The notes under the pieces were generated by a model. That model was not told the DNA's origin. It saw only the letters and a program-made list of their open reading frames with translations, and ran no database searches. From Felis catus (taxonomy: Eukaryota): DNA of 64,000 nucleotides. How positions within the stretch are numbered: position 1 is the stretch's first letter; every line of letters begins with the position of its first letter. The stretch covers positions 61,194,001-61,258,000 of the forward strand of contig NC_058377.1 in the NCBI RefSeq assembly GCF_018350175.1, written 5' to 3'. Below are positions 23,894 to 36,887 of the stretch, in pieces. Position numbers and translations under genes: made by a program.

Positions 23894-26800
23894 GGAATGC
23901 CATATATAAGTTGATCGTCTGAATGACAGAGCTCAAGCCTTCAGAGCCTGAGATATTAAAGCACGAAAAACAGGAACAAACAGAAATGGACAAAAATATC
24001 AGTGTGTCCCAACACACTCATAAGTCAAAGGAGAAAATGGTAGGAGGTGAGGGACAATTTCTCTACATTAATAGCTTCTCTGCGTCTTCACTTTTCCTCT
24101 GCCCATTTTAGAAAAAGATCAATTGCATAAACAATTATTTTGAAGATATTCTAAAATTCTCTGCTTCATTTTATTCTTTCAGAAATTTCTGCAAAAGATC
24201 TAATTTTGCATCAATTATATGTTGTAGATAACCTGTCTTGGTATATTTTCATCTATTGCTCATTGTAGTTCTCCATATCATTTACTACACAGTATTTTGT
24301 CTTTCCTTTCTACTCCTTCTTATTAGTACCTGTCTAAAAATTACATCTGTAACATATTTATTCTTTTACAAGTGTCAAATCCAGTGTCAAATATGGTAAG
24401 TGCAGTTAATATTTAAACAGTGTATCTATGCCTACTGATAAGTTGGAGTCTAAGAAAGAGTATTCTTCAGATTCCCCAAGGTGAATAATGCAGTATATTA
24501 CTCCTCAGGATGCAGAACTTCCCTCCAAAGCCATTTTGAGCTTCCCTAACAGTAGTAATCAGAAACTATATTGGAGGGTTCAAGAGTTTGAAATTTTCCA
24601 CTCGAATTTCTCAGTCAGTATTTCTCTCCAGTGAGTGGACTTTCCATGACTATAAGTAAGCAAGCAGAAATCTTGTGAAACTTTTGGGGAGTTATTGTAG
24701 GGATTCTTGTTTTAGGCAGGAGACTGCACAAACCACACTCATAAGTGATTTATGGGATAGAAATAAATTATCTCTTCTCTCCTGATTTAAGAGGAAGAAA
24801 GTCATAATCCAGACAATCAAGCTTTCAGAGTTACATATTAAATTTGGACAACTAGAAATTTGTAGGACTGCATGTGGTAAGAGTGTGACATCGCTTGGAA
24901 AATATCTTAATGATAGCATGATATGTCCATCTTTGGGATTGTTTCTTTAATGAGAATAATATATTCCATGCCTTCCAGATGTCATTTACCACAATCCATA
25001 TGTGGCCAACAAGAAGCATAGTATATTACAATGTCATTTTTTTCCTATTGTTTTTTCCTATCATATACCCTTTAGAGACATATATTCTTCTGAAGAAAAA
25101 TATATTGATAAGGATCATACACACACACACATACACACACACGAACAACATATTTCTTAACCTTAATGTCATTCACTACCTTCCCATACTCAATGTTTCA
25201 GACTTGTATCAGTTCACTGTAGAGATGGACCCTTCTTGTGTGGTCTCATTTATTCATCCAGAAAACCATATTATGATACACGCAGAGCAGTCATTTACTG
25301 GATTGGTAAATTGGCCTAATGATGTCCAAAACCTCAATTACTGAATAAAGCATATTCTTTTATACTTCTCACAGCTCCAGGGAAGAAATGAGCCTCTATG
25401 GCAAAGAAGCCATGGGGCTATCCCCAGATAAAGGGATGAGCGAGGAGGCAGGGGTTGGGAAGGTTACAGAAGAGAAAGACTCTTAACTTGATACAAATTA
25501 TTTGCTTGTAGAGAAACCTTTGGTACTAGTTTTCTGTTCTCCCCTATGTCCTACTGTAGCGCTGACACTGAGTAGTAATGCCTTCAGCTCTTGAAGAGGA
25601 ATCTGGTTGTCCTAGGTCTCAAACAAGTCCTCATAAATATGTACTCCTTAAAACCATACATAGTTATCCCTTCATATGCTTGCCAGAATCATGAAAACAC
25701 ACTTAAACTCTCCAAATATCACTAACTGAAGGATTGTTTTCTAGGCTTCTACATTTACTAACCCTGGGTTTTCCTCTTGAACAGTACAGACATGGCTTTT
25801 GAATTGATTCGTGTGATAAATACACTGTAAATAAGTAATTTATAAGGCAATAGATTATCATGAGTGGGGCATGAATTCTTTAGAAATGATAGCAGTAGAC
25901 CAAATTAAGTTTTGTGACTCATAGAAAGTGTCATTTAGACTGGAATCGAAACAATATATGATATCTGGTCTTGAGAATATGTTCTTCCATTAGGAAGAAT
26001 AATCATGACATAATGAATTTAAATCTTATGTAGTCTGGACTCAAAGAGTACAAAGGTACAAAGTAGATAAGATTCTATGGGTAAAAAATACATACATACA
26101 TACGCACACTGTATAACCTACAGGGAATTTTAGAATCGAATGTTTAGACCACTGGATTTGACTTACTAAGTGTTCAATAATACAGATAGAACGCATAAGT
26201 ACAATACAGAACACTGGAAAAGAAGAAAAATGCACAGAAGAATATACACATTGGTTCCAAAAATATTTTTCCCAGAAGCATACAGGATAGGAAGGATCAT
26301 TATGATGACATCCTCTTAAAAATACCAACCTGTACATGAGTCCAGATATCACAAGGTATCCATATTTTTGTTACCCATATTGTATTCCTTCAAGTAAGTC
26401 ATGCAAGATAAAAATAATTTCAAAAGGAGAGATAATCCTCACTTCTATGATATCCTTAAAAAAGATTTTTGCCTCCTAAAATCTGGCTCTTTCATAATTT
26501 CATCCATTGAGAATAAAAAATGTTTATTTCCTCTGCTTAGAGATTTATTTCTCCTCCATTGAATCTATGACACTCAGAAAATAAAGGGTGGCGTTTGGAG
26601 GAGTCTCGGTGTCCTAAAATATTTTACTTAGGTCACTCCAGCTAGCTCCTTTTCTCCGCCTTCTCTACTTGGATAACAAAACTAATTAGCTCAAACAAGA
26701 AACTGACTCAGAGCCAACAAGCAACCCAAAGATACAGCTTCTATATGGAGCAGCCTCAACATGATATTCTCAGAGGATAAGCAAAAATAACATTTGACAC

Positions 26801-27058
26801 AAACAGGTCCCTACAGAATCATTGCCAGAAGGGAGAATAATTTGTATACTTAGTAATGACTGATAATCTACATTATCAGTCCTAGTAATTTGCCTGTGCA
26901 TACCCTCAGGTTTTAGCTCCAGATGTAGCCATCCTTCGATAAAATGAGATGCCATTTAATTTATCAACCATTTAACAGGATATGAAATCCTAAAGGGGAC
27001 TGAAAAGGACAATAACATATTCTTTATTCCTTTGATTAGCCCATTTTAATTCCAACCT

Positions 27059-27235
27059 NNNNNNNNNNNNNNNNNNNNNNNNNNNNNNNNNNNNNNNNNN
27101 NNNNNNNNNNNNNNNNNNNNNNNNNNNNNNNNNNNNNNNNNNNNNNNNNNNNNNNNNNNNNNNNNNNNNNNNNNNNNNNNNNNNNNNNNNNNNNNNNNNN
27201 NNNNNNNNNNNNNNNNNNNNNNNNNNNNNNNNNNN
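27059..27235. other. Assembly gap
   Basis: N run. Confidence 1.
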
Positions 27236-27355
27236 GCCTCTCCAACCCTTATCTCTTGTCTTTTTGATACCAGACATCCTAAAGGTGTGAAGTAATACCT
27301 CATAGTGGTTTTGATTTGCATTTTCCTGATGCTGTGTGAAGTTGAGCACCTTTTC

Positions 27356-27525
27356 NNNNNNNNNNNNNNNNNNNNNNNNNNNNNNNNNNNNNNNNNNNNN
27401 NNNNNNNNNNNNNNNNNNNNNNNNNNNNNNNNNNNNNNNNNNNNNNNNNNNNNNNNNNNNNNNNNNNNNNNNNNNNNNNNNNNNNNNNNNNNNNNNNNNN
27501 NNNNNNNNNNNNNNNNNNNNNNNNN
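27356..27525. other. Assembly gap
   Basis: N run. Confidence 1.
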
Positions 27526-28317
27526 GCAAAAAATTTCCTACTCCATAGACTGTCTTTTCACTCTACTGAGGTTCCTTTTGCTGTTTGAAGCTTTTTAGTT
27601 TGATATAATTCCATTTGTCTACTTTTGTTTTTGTTGCCTGTACCATGATGTCTTATCTAAAAAAACCACTGCTCAGACCAATAGCAAGAAGCATTTTCCT
27701 ATGTTTTCTTCAAGGACTTTTATTGTTTTCTGGTCTTACTTTAATTCACTTTGAAGTCATTTTGTGAATGATGTGAGATAAGGGTCTATTTCATTCTTCT
27801 GCATGTGGATATCCAGTTTTCCCAACACCATTTATTAGAGACATTATTGTTTTCCCATCGTTTTAGCACCCTTGTATAAGACTAGTTGATTATACATGTA
27901 TGGACTTATTTCTGGGTTGTGTACTCTCTTCTATGGATCTATTTTTCTGCTTTTATTTCAGTACCATACTGTTTTGATTACTGTAGCTTTGTAATATATT
28001 TTGAAACCAGGAAGTGTGATGCCTTCAGCTTTGTTCTTCACTTTGCTTTTCACTATTAGCGATCTTTTGTGGTTACACATAAATTTTAGTGGGTTTCTTT
28101 TCTACTACTGTAATAATGCCACTGAGATTTTGATGGGAATCACACTGAAACTTTGATCACTTCGGATAGCACAGAAATTTTAACAATATTAATTCTTCCA
28201 ATCAATGAACATGATGTCTTTCCAATTATCTGTGTCATTTTTTATTTCCTCCATCAGCATTTTATAATTTTCAGCATACAAGTCTTTTACCTCTTTGTTT
28301 AAGTTTAGTCTTAAGTA

Positions 28318-28429
28318 GGGGCACTTGGGTGGCTCAGTCAGTTAAGCATCTGACTCTTGGTTTTGGTTCAGGTCATGATCTCATAGTTCGTGGGATCAAG
28401 ATCCACATTGGGCTCCATGCTGACAACGT
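28318..28429 (+). mobile_element. CAN-SINE (3' part in gap)
   Basis: ggggcacttgggtggctcagtcagttaagc head. Confidence 0.9.
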
Positions 28430-28580
28430 NNNNNNNNNNNNNNNNNNNNNNNNNNNNNNNNNNNNNNNNNNNNNNNNNNNNNNNNNNNNNNNNNNNNNNN
28501 NNNNNNNNNNNNNNNNNNNNNNNNNNNNNNNNNNNNNNNNNNNNNNNNNNNNNNNNNNNNNNNNNNNNNNNNNNNNNNNN
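28430..28580. other. Assembly gap
   Basis: N run. Confidence 1.
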
Positions 28581-29567
28581 TCAGTTTTTCAGATAGATCA
28601 TTGTTTATATATCAAAACACATATAATGCATGTATATTAATTTTGTATTGTGCAACTATACTGAATTTATTTACCATAATAAATTAGAAAACTTAAACAA
28701 AGTATTCACTAGTAACAGAAGTAGCCATGGATTCTGGAATTTATTCTTGTCATGTTAGTCTTCAACTGGCTCTCCACCAGAGGTGCTAAACTCATTTATG
28801 TGTATTGTACTGGAAGGCTCCATCCCACATTGTCCCACATTATAATTGCTAATTTCCCTCAATGCCTAATTTTTTTAGTTAGGACTCATTTCACATCCTC
28901 TAAAAACAGAGATAACTGGTTAATATTACACCATGTACTAAAGTTGAATTATTCAGATATATATTTACATGCATATGTTTATATAGCATATGGATATGGA
29001 TATGGAACTATCCACTCAGTATTTAACTCAATATACATGCTTCCCAACCTGAAAACAAAGGTTTTACAACCAATTTTGGAATAAGTCATTTTCCAACTAT
29101 GTAGAGAACAGTGATGTATTTACAGAAGCCTTCAGTTTCTGGCCTACAACTAAGAGCCCACTGTCCCAGGTAGGATGTTTCATTAAAAGATCTTATCAGA
29201 GTTGAATGTGTGACAACAGAGATCAAGTCTTGCAACAGCATAAAACACCTATTTGTGCCCACATGCAAGGTTGAGCATGGTGCCTCCTTCCTCACCACAG
29301 CTCCCTGCACGAAGTAAAGGAGATCCCTCTTTAAAGTAACAACAGGGAAGACACAGATAACAGTTATGGCCAAACAATGTACACATTCATCTGGCGACTC
29401 AGAAGTTTGGGGGGCATTGCATGGATTATCTGGAGGAGATAAGCAGTAAGAAGGGAAAAGACCCACAGAGACATGAGACAATAAAAGGAAGATTCTACTG
29501 TATCTTATTGATCCAAGCAAATATTACATTATTTCTTACTTAAATGATTTCAAACACTTTAAAAAAA

Positions 29568-29764
29568 TTTTTTTTTAATGTTTGCTTATTTTTGAGACAG
29601 ATAGACAGAAACAGAGTGCAAGTGAGGGAGGGGCAGAAAGAGAGAGACACACAGAACTTGAAGCAGTCTCTGGGCTTTGAGCCATCAGCCCATCACAGGG
29701 CTTGAACCCATGGACCACAAGATCGTGACCTGAGCCAAAGTCGGTCACTTAACCGACTGAGCCA
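29568..29764 (-). mobile_element. CAN-SINE
   Basis: SINE body lacking the extreme 5' end; flanked by TGATTTCAAACACTTT repeats. Confidence 0.9.
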
Positions 29765-30189
29765 ACTCATTTCAACTGATTTCCAACTGATTTCAAACAC
29801 TTTTAACCTCAACTCTCAATACCTTCATAAACCATTTTCTCTTCAAATACATACATATATTTAAATATTTCACTGCTCAAAACATGATATGGATTACTGT
29901 GGCAGATACAGTTAAACAGCAGGTTTGTGTATAAATGTGTATATGTATATATTTACATATGAATGTATATGTGTGCATACACACACACTAACTTGCTTCT
30001 CTATCTTCTACAATATTCCATATCATGCTCTGAAGTGTAATAATATTTAGTATGTACAGATACCCACAGCCTGTTTCAAGATGCTTCCTTTGCCAAATCC
30101 ACCTTTCTGCTTGAAACTCTTATTACAGTTTTGACACTATTAGTTTAAATTTATAACACAAATAAAATTTAAGTAAAAGTAATCTGTAG

Positions 30190-30357
30190 CAATAAAAGCC
30201 AATAAAAGTTGCTTGGAGTGGAGAGGGACTTGGACAATGACTGGAATATAGCATGAGGGAACTCTCTGAGGTATTGAAAATTTTCTGTATCTTACATTGG
30301 GTGATGGATGGTTACACAGTAGTATACACACATTAAATCTCACTGAACTGAATAATT
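30190..30357 (+). mobile_element. Old L1M 3' end fragment
   Basis: gcatgagggaactctctgaggtattgaaaattttctgtatctt..gggtgatgg..gttacac. Confidence 0.55.
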
Positions 30358-30370
30358 AAGACTCATTATC

Positions 30371-30585
30371 TTTTTTTTTTTTAACATTTATTTATTTTTA
30401 AGACAGAGAGAGACAGAGCATGAACGGGGGAGGGTCAGAGAGAGAGGGAGACACAGAATCTGAAACAGGCTCCAGGCTCTGAGCCATCAGCACAGAGCCT
30501 GACGCGGGGCTTGAACTCACGGACCGCGAGATCATGACCTGAGCCGAAGTCGGCCGCTTAACCGACTGAGCCACCCAGGTGCCCC
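30371..30585 (-). mobile_element. Fairly young CAN-SINE (SINEC_Fc)
   Basis: Many CpGs retained; TSD AAGACTCATTATCTTTT. Confidence 0.95.
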
Positions 30586-32239
30586 AAGACTCATTATCTT
30601 TTCAGTGGATATTGGGTTGTCAGGGCTAGTCTGCAAATTATACTACAAGTCTTATTATGGCCTTCTCTGTTTCTTTTCAGTAAATACCAAGTTGTAGAAC
30701 TGCTGGGTTATAAGGGAGAGATGTGTATTCCTTTGCAAGAAAAATTCAAGTAAAAAGAAAGAAGATTAAACTATATTAATATAGGACCTGAATAGGAAAA
30801 AAATTTTTCCTAGTTATTTTTTCCTAGTTTCCTAGTTATTTCAAGAACTAGGCTATAAAATAAAATGAGAAAGGTCTCTAAAATATTTCTGGGCTAAAGA
30901 TGATTGTATTCTTTTGATGAGAACTTCACAGTGATAGGTGCATATTGAAGAAAGGAGAGGGGAAAATTAAATATTCCAAAAAGAACAGACAAATGATAGA
31001 GACCTTTTGAGAAAATTGAGATAGGCATAAAAAGAGAGAGAAAAGAAAAAAAAAGGGAGAGAGAAAGAAAACAAGAAAGAACTGAAAGACAAGAGAGTGA
31101 TAAAGAACAAAATAAGAATCAAAGGGTAGAGAAAAGAAGGTGGGATAATGAGGTGAGCAGGAAAGAAAGATGTCAGCCTTTAAGAATAAATTCCTGAGGA
31201 AACTGGGAAGAAAAAAAGAAAGGAAAAAAATCAATGAAAGATGACAACTGATAGCACATGAAAGGATTTTCTTCTCTTCATAGACCAAATTGATTTTGTA
31301 TGGGTACTGAAGCTGGACCAAAAGTTCTAAACTTGGACAAGTACTCACAACTTAGTATCAAAAAATAAGTACATAAGTAAATAAACAGACTAGTGATGGT
31401 ATCACATGAGACAGAGTGTCACACAGTTGATCCTCACTCAGAAGAAAAATATCTAGGCGGAAATCCTGCATTTTGGTCACTCTCATCTAAAATGCAGTAA
31501 CCCGCAAGCTTACTAGAGAAAAACAGTTTGCCGCTTTCACACTGCCATCAGTTAATTAATGATTTTCTATGTCAAGTGAGTGAATTAAAACTCTGAGTCA
31601 GAAAGTAGCCGACCTTTGAAATATCCTCCAGTCTCTAAGAGGGATAACCCATTACTAACAAAAACCTATAAAACTTGTCCTCTGGGGTTTGGGATGTTGT
31701 CACTAAATTTACTGCCATCACCTTTCCAAAAAAACAGAGAGAGAATGATACATTATTAAATATCTCAATGACCAGGGAGGCTTGAAGAATGTGGTCCTTG
31801 AAAAAAAAAGTACTTAAGGTTTATTGGAAGCTGAAAATTACTATAAAATACTAGGCAACAGGAGTAACATTGTAGGAGGATCAGGAAGAAGAGGAGAAGG
31901 TCTATCAGTTACAGTCTATCAGTAACGTAGCAGTAGCGGGAAAAAGGAGAGGCAGGTAGAGCAAGATTACTATAATATTTATCAGCACAAGAATATCTAC
32001 CATAGTACTTCATCTACAGGTCCTGCCAGATAACAGAGGGTGGAAAACATAATGACACTTTATTTCTTTAACTTAAGAAATCTCCATTTCTCGTATTCTA
32101 GTGATCTCACTCCACATTAGCTTATGCTCAACTTTCTCTGAAAGTAACCCAAGATCAGAGAGTTACAAATTTTCATTCCAGGAAGACTCCTTCCTTCTAG
32201 AATTCACAGTGCTCTCTGGACATATGTTGCTGGGCCAGA

Positions 32240-32440
32240 CCAACACACTCCTGGGATCAGAAGGATAATGACACTCCAGGGGAATCAGAAAGGTAATGAT
32301 GCTCTGGGATCAGCTCAGGCACTCAGGAAGGCCTAGCATCCTTTCCTTTAATATCTACCTCTGCTGGAAATTTTGCTGGAAACAAAGATGCAACTAGCCT
32401 ATGCACATGCCAAATCAGTCCTCAGCTCTCTCCAGGTAAG
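32240..32440 (+). promoter_or_regulatory. Candidate promoter and first non-coding exon of the 35659 OR
   Basis: Tandem O/E-like (TCCTGGGA, TCCAGGGGA) plus TAATGA units at 32246-32313; donor CAG|GTAAGG at 32435/32436. Confidence 0.6.
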
Positions 32441-34356
32441 GTTCTGCCCCTACAGTTTGGGAACTGGGAGTGAAGTAGGGGCTGCAGCGGGTGTTTATCT
32501 TAGGAGAGAATGGATAGACTAAGGTTTTAAAATCCCGCTTTAGTCATTCACTTTTCTGTCCCTTGTCATGCTATTTCCATTCTCTGTGTTTAGAATTTTT
32601 CATTAACAAAAGAATTTGGGGGGATTAATGTAAATCTAATATAATTTTAAAGAATTTTGCAGATATCTTAGTCCCATCTTCTTCTATTTATGGCCCTCAA
32701 GTAATTTATGATACATGCAAAGTGTTTTTTTGTGATTCTAGATACCAGTTACTTTATGCCTGTTAACCGTAATGTTATCAGGTTTACTGAAAATAAAAAA
32801 GGATGAGACAATCAGCCACCTATCTACCTGCATGGGCAGATGTGGGGTGTTTGGGTGATATGAAAAAAAGGAGAAATACAGAACACTGTAAACTATGAAA
32901 AGTTTCAGTATCTGCTCCATTTACACAGCATCTTAGTCCCTTTTGTGATGGGGCAAAGGATACCCTAACCTCCTTTCTGACCTCTTGCCTCTGTTGGCGC
33001 TCACCTATTAGAGTCTCTTCTTTTTCTTCTACTCAGTAACTAACAATGCGCCCATCCCTTTTATGATAGCATTTATGTTATTTTGAAAGCTTGGAGTCAT
33101 CAAATTCTGCCTTTATTGTTTCTCACTGTAATTGTATTTAATGTAATTCAGATGCATTTTATTCCTATGAACTCACAAAGTCTGTAAAGGACTAATTGTT
33201 ACAAAGATTTTTTTTTAAGTCATGTGACATTTTGTAACCGCATGGGAATTTACAGACTAGTTTAAGACATCACCTTCTTATTTTGGTTGTGGTCAATCTT
33301 ATATATAAGCAGATGGAAGAAAACGCTTTAGCTCTGGGATTTTCATCTTCTTGTAGGATTTTTTTTTTCATTTCTATCATCAAGTAATTTTCACTTTTGT
33401 GTGTTTTTTCTTGTCTCCTTGAAATTGTGCATCCTATTTCTGTCTTGACAAAACAGTTAGTCCTTTCATCAACTGTTATAAATATTATGTGAACTGTACC
33501 AACCATTGATGTATTCTCCATATGATCTCATTTAGCTCTGGGGTAAATAAGGATATTGTTCTTAATTTACAGACGGGTAAATTGTGGATGATGTGTACTC
33601 TGGCAAGATTCCGTAAAAGGTAAATGTGTGTATGTGGTGGGGGGTTCAGGGTGAGTAGCCAGATCATCTCTCAGACTTTGAAACCCTTGATTTTAACTGC
33701 TTGCTGAAAACTAGGTAAATAATCTGATAAAGACATTATCATCAAGTGGATGCAGCTGAGCATAATATTTATTTTTGCCTTTACAGTATCAGCCAGTTAG
33801 TGAACCACTATTTAGGGGATCCTGATTTATTCAGATTTTGAGATTTTTCTCTTACCTTCTATCATTTCTGGCAACTCATATTCATAACTATTAGGAACAC
33901 CCTCTACACATTTTATCATTTCTCCCACCACATACTTCCAAATACAACATGCAGACATCAGAGGAAATTATTTTTCACAATATTTGTTGCTTTAATCCAT
34001 ATCTTATGACCACTTTGACTATTGTTTGCTCATTGTATTGTTGCAAACAAGCAAAGAGATCTGTGTCTTTCTATCATTATTTTTCATTCATGTAAGAATT
34101 ATTGCACCAAAAATTCCTTTGATATCTCCACAGATGTGCTTTAAGCAACCATTAAACTGCTATTTGTATGACCATTTTCAAGTGATTGCCTCAGAGAGAA
34201 AGAGAGACTTCCACTGCTGTACGTAAAAGGCTCCATTTTCCAGGGCGTATGAATGTGACCAGTTCAGAGGAAATCTCTTTGTGGGAGTGATTTCAATAAG
34301 TGTCTTGACATGAAAATACTATAATAAAATGTGAACTGGTTTAAAAGTAAGAGTAT

Positions 34357-34425
34357 GATTAATGAAATTAATGAATGGCTTCATTAATAAATTAATGAAG
34401 GATTAATGAAATTAATGAATAATGA
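34357..34425. repeat. ATTAATGAA short-unit repeat with a central palindrome (7 TAATGA sites)
   Basis: gattaatgaaattaatgaat at 34357 and 34401; cttcattaat-aa-attaatgaag at 34379-34400. Confidence 0.9.
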
Positions 34426-35658
34426 CATTATTGGGAAAAATGAGTTTCTTAAATGCAAAATTTGGTTCCTACTAAAGAGAGCTTAGATCAATTCTGTAAA
34501 AAGTATAAAACCAGGGAGATGTAAGATTAGCTCATTATATTCAAAGGTGTTTCAGCTTTCAAATAATAGTTAATTATCATAGTATAGTGTATAAAAATCT
34601 TAATAGAGAATCATAGTATAAAGTTATTAAGGAGAAAGTAAGATCCCCAATGTGGAAACCAGAAGGAGGTGTAAATTTACCGAGTGCTCCATTGACATGT
34701 AACTTGGGGGAAGAAAACATCACACTCATTCAGCAGTGTGGTATCTCCAAACTGGATAGGCTCTGCTTTTGACTACATCGCATCTTATTTTTAGTTGTTA
34801 CTCTGTTTAAAGCATTTCTCTGTATTCTTCTAATTTTCTAAGCCCCTCTGTAAACCACATCCTCTATATTCCACCTTTCCTTCTCCACTCAGCAAATCTC
34901 CTTTACACCTAAGTGAACTTAATCCATTCAGAGAACGAACCATCCCTGGCTGCCTTTGAAAACAGACCACCTTCTTCAAATCTCCTCTAAGGGCCACACT
35001 TGGCCTCCTGTTAAACAGTGAGTTGTTCAATATTTTTATGTGAACACTGAGTGAATGTAAGACAGCTATAAGCTCTCCTACCAATCCCCATTGGAGACCT
35101 AATGCTACAGACTCAGGGATATATAACCTGCTTCCTGGGACCAGGAATAGTATTGGTTGAGGGTGAAGGCTCTTGTAAGCTACATACTTACCCACATGGG
35201 GACAGAAATGGGGTTCTTTTAGGTCCACAAGATGCCCAGATGGAATCTGCACTTGCAGCAAAACTGAGCTGGCATCTACAAGCAAATAGAAAAGGAAAGC
35301 CTACTGATGGTGTTTCAAACAGCCCAGCCTGGAGGCCATGATAAATACAAAAGATCAGTGTTCTCAGACTCATGGTTTCCATTTCCACAAAAAATAAATC
35401 AGAAATCCTGAACTTTCCCCTGTTCACCTATGACTCTACTAGTTTTGAAGGATTGTTTGCTACTCTATGTTGGCATATAGAATAGAACCTCTGAATAATT
35501 CAGCCAAACTGAATAATCAGTCCTCCAAAGACTGAACTTATTTCTTCAATACTAAATGTGTCTGAATGATAGAGGGGTCTGTGTCCTTTCACTTCGCACT
35601 CCCACTCTCTTTCTGTAGGTATGAGAATTAGTGGTGAAAAGAGAGATCACGAACTTCC

Positions 35659-36609
35659 ATGGCGTCCGTTAATATGTCATATCTAGACCCCACAACACTG
35701 ATGCTAATTGGGATCCCCGGACTACAGGACGTGCAATTTTGGATTGGGTTTTCCTTCTTTGCAATATGCCTGGTGGCTCTTCTGGGAAATACTATTTTAC
35801 TAATCATCATTCCTACAGAACACAGCCTGCATCAACCCATGTACGTTTTCCTGGCAGTGCTGGCAGCCACTGACATAGGGCTCTGTGTAGCCATTGCTCC
35901 CAAGATGTTGGCCATCTTCTGGTTTGGCTCATGCTCCATGGCTTTTGACGCTTGCTTAGCCCAGCTTTTCTTCATTCATGCCTTGCAGGGCATGGAATCT
36001 GGCATCCTGCTGGCCATGGCCTTTGACCGCTATGTTGCCATCTGTGATCCACTGAGGCACGCATCCATCCTCACACCATCCATCCTGGTCACTATGGTGC
36101 TGGTTGTGGCAATTCGGGCAATGGTGCTTGTTGGCATTTTACCAATTTTAATCAAAAGACTACACCTTTTCCATTCCACTGTAATTGCTCACTCCTACTG
36201 TGAGCACATGGCCGTGGTCAAGCTAGCTGCAGAAGACATCCGAGTCAATAAAACATGTGGTCTCCTCGTAGGTTTTACAATACTGGGATTTGACATGATT
36301 TTCATCTTCATTTCCTATATCCTTATTTTCCAGGCTGTTTTTCATCTACACCAAAAGGAGGCACGGCTCACAGCATTTAACACATGCACAGCTCATATTT
36401 TTGTTTTCCTTGAGTTTTATATTCTTGCCTTCTTCTCCTTTTTCAGCCACCGTTTTGGACATGTTGCTCCTTCTACCCACATCCTTCTTTCTACCATCTA
36501 TCTCCTTGTGCCACCTGCACTCAACCCTATTGTCTATGGTGTAAAAAATAAGGTAATTCGTAAGCGTGTGGCACAGATTTTTCTTCTGAATCGTCACTCC
36601 CAGCAGTAA
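35659..36609 (+). CDS. Olfactory receptor, class I family 52, OR52A-related, intact, 316 aa
   Basis: LHQPMY, FIHALQGMESG, MAFDRYVAIC, HSYCEHMAVVKLAA, QKEAR, FYILAFFSFFSHRFG, NPIVYG; LQG.ESG, KLAA and QKEAR are OR52A-like features; acceptor AG at 35617-35618. Confidence 0.96.
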   Translation: MASVNMSYLDPTTLMLIGIPGLQDVQFWIGFSFFAICLVALLGNTILLIIIPTEHSLHQPMYVFLAVLAATDIGLCVAIAPKMLAIFWFGSCSMAFDACLAQLFFIHALQGMESGILLAMAFDRYVAICDPLRHASILTPSILVTMVLVVAIRAMVLVGILPILIKRLHLFHSTVIAHSYCEHMAVVKLAAEDIRVNKTCGLLVGFTILGFDMIFIFISYILIFQAVFHLHQKEARLTAFNTCTAHIFVFLEFYILAFFSFFSHRFGHVAPSTHILLSTIYLLVPPALNPIVYGVKNKVIRKRVAQIFLLNRHSQQ

Positions 36610-36887
36610 CCTATTAAATGGTTATGCTCATGTAAAGAATACTTTTGCTTCCTAGGGATGAAGACAGGTTGAACTCTGTGTGCACATTGTTGGGGGATTC
36701 ACTTCAATGTGTGCAAACTTAAAGAGATACATTAAAAGGTATTTATTTCACAAGCTATAGTTAGAATGAAATAAAATCTGTTCAGGTTAAGACTGATATT
36801 AGCGGTCTTCATTCATTTTAATTCTAATTTTCTTTCTCCTGTCCATCTTTTTTATTTCATCTGCAATTATTTAATAAGAAAGCTTAC

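Larger units (their letters stand above)
27040..28670 (-). mobile_element. Older L1 ORF2 fragment with gaps and a nested SINE
   Basis: gtggttttgatttgcattttcctgatg, gatatccagttttcccaacaccattta, gtaccatactgttttgattactgtagctttgta; minus-frame MQIKTTMRYY is an ORF2 motif. Confidence 0.9.
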
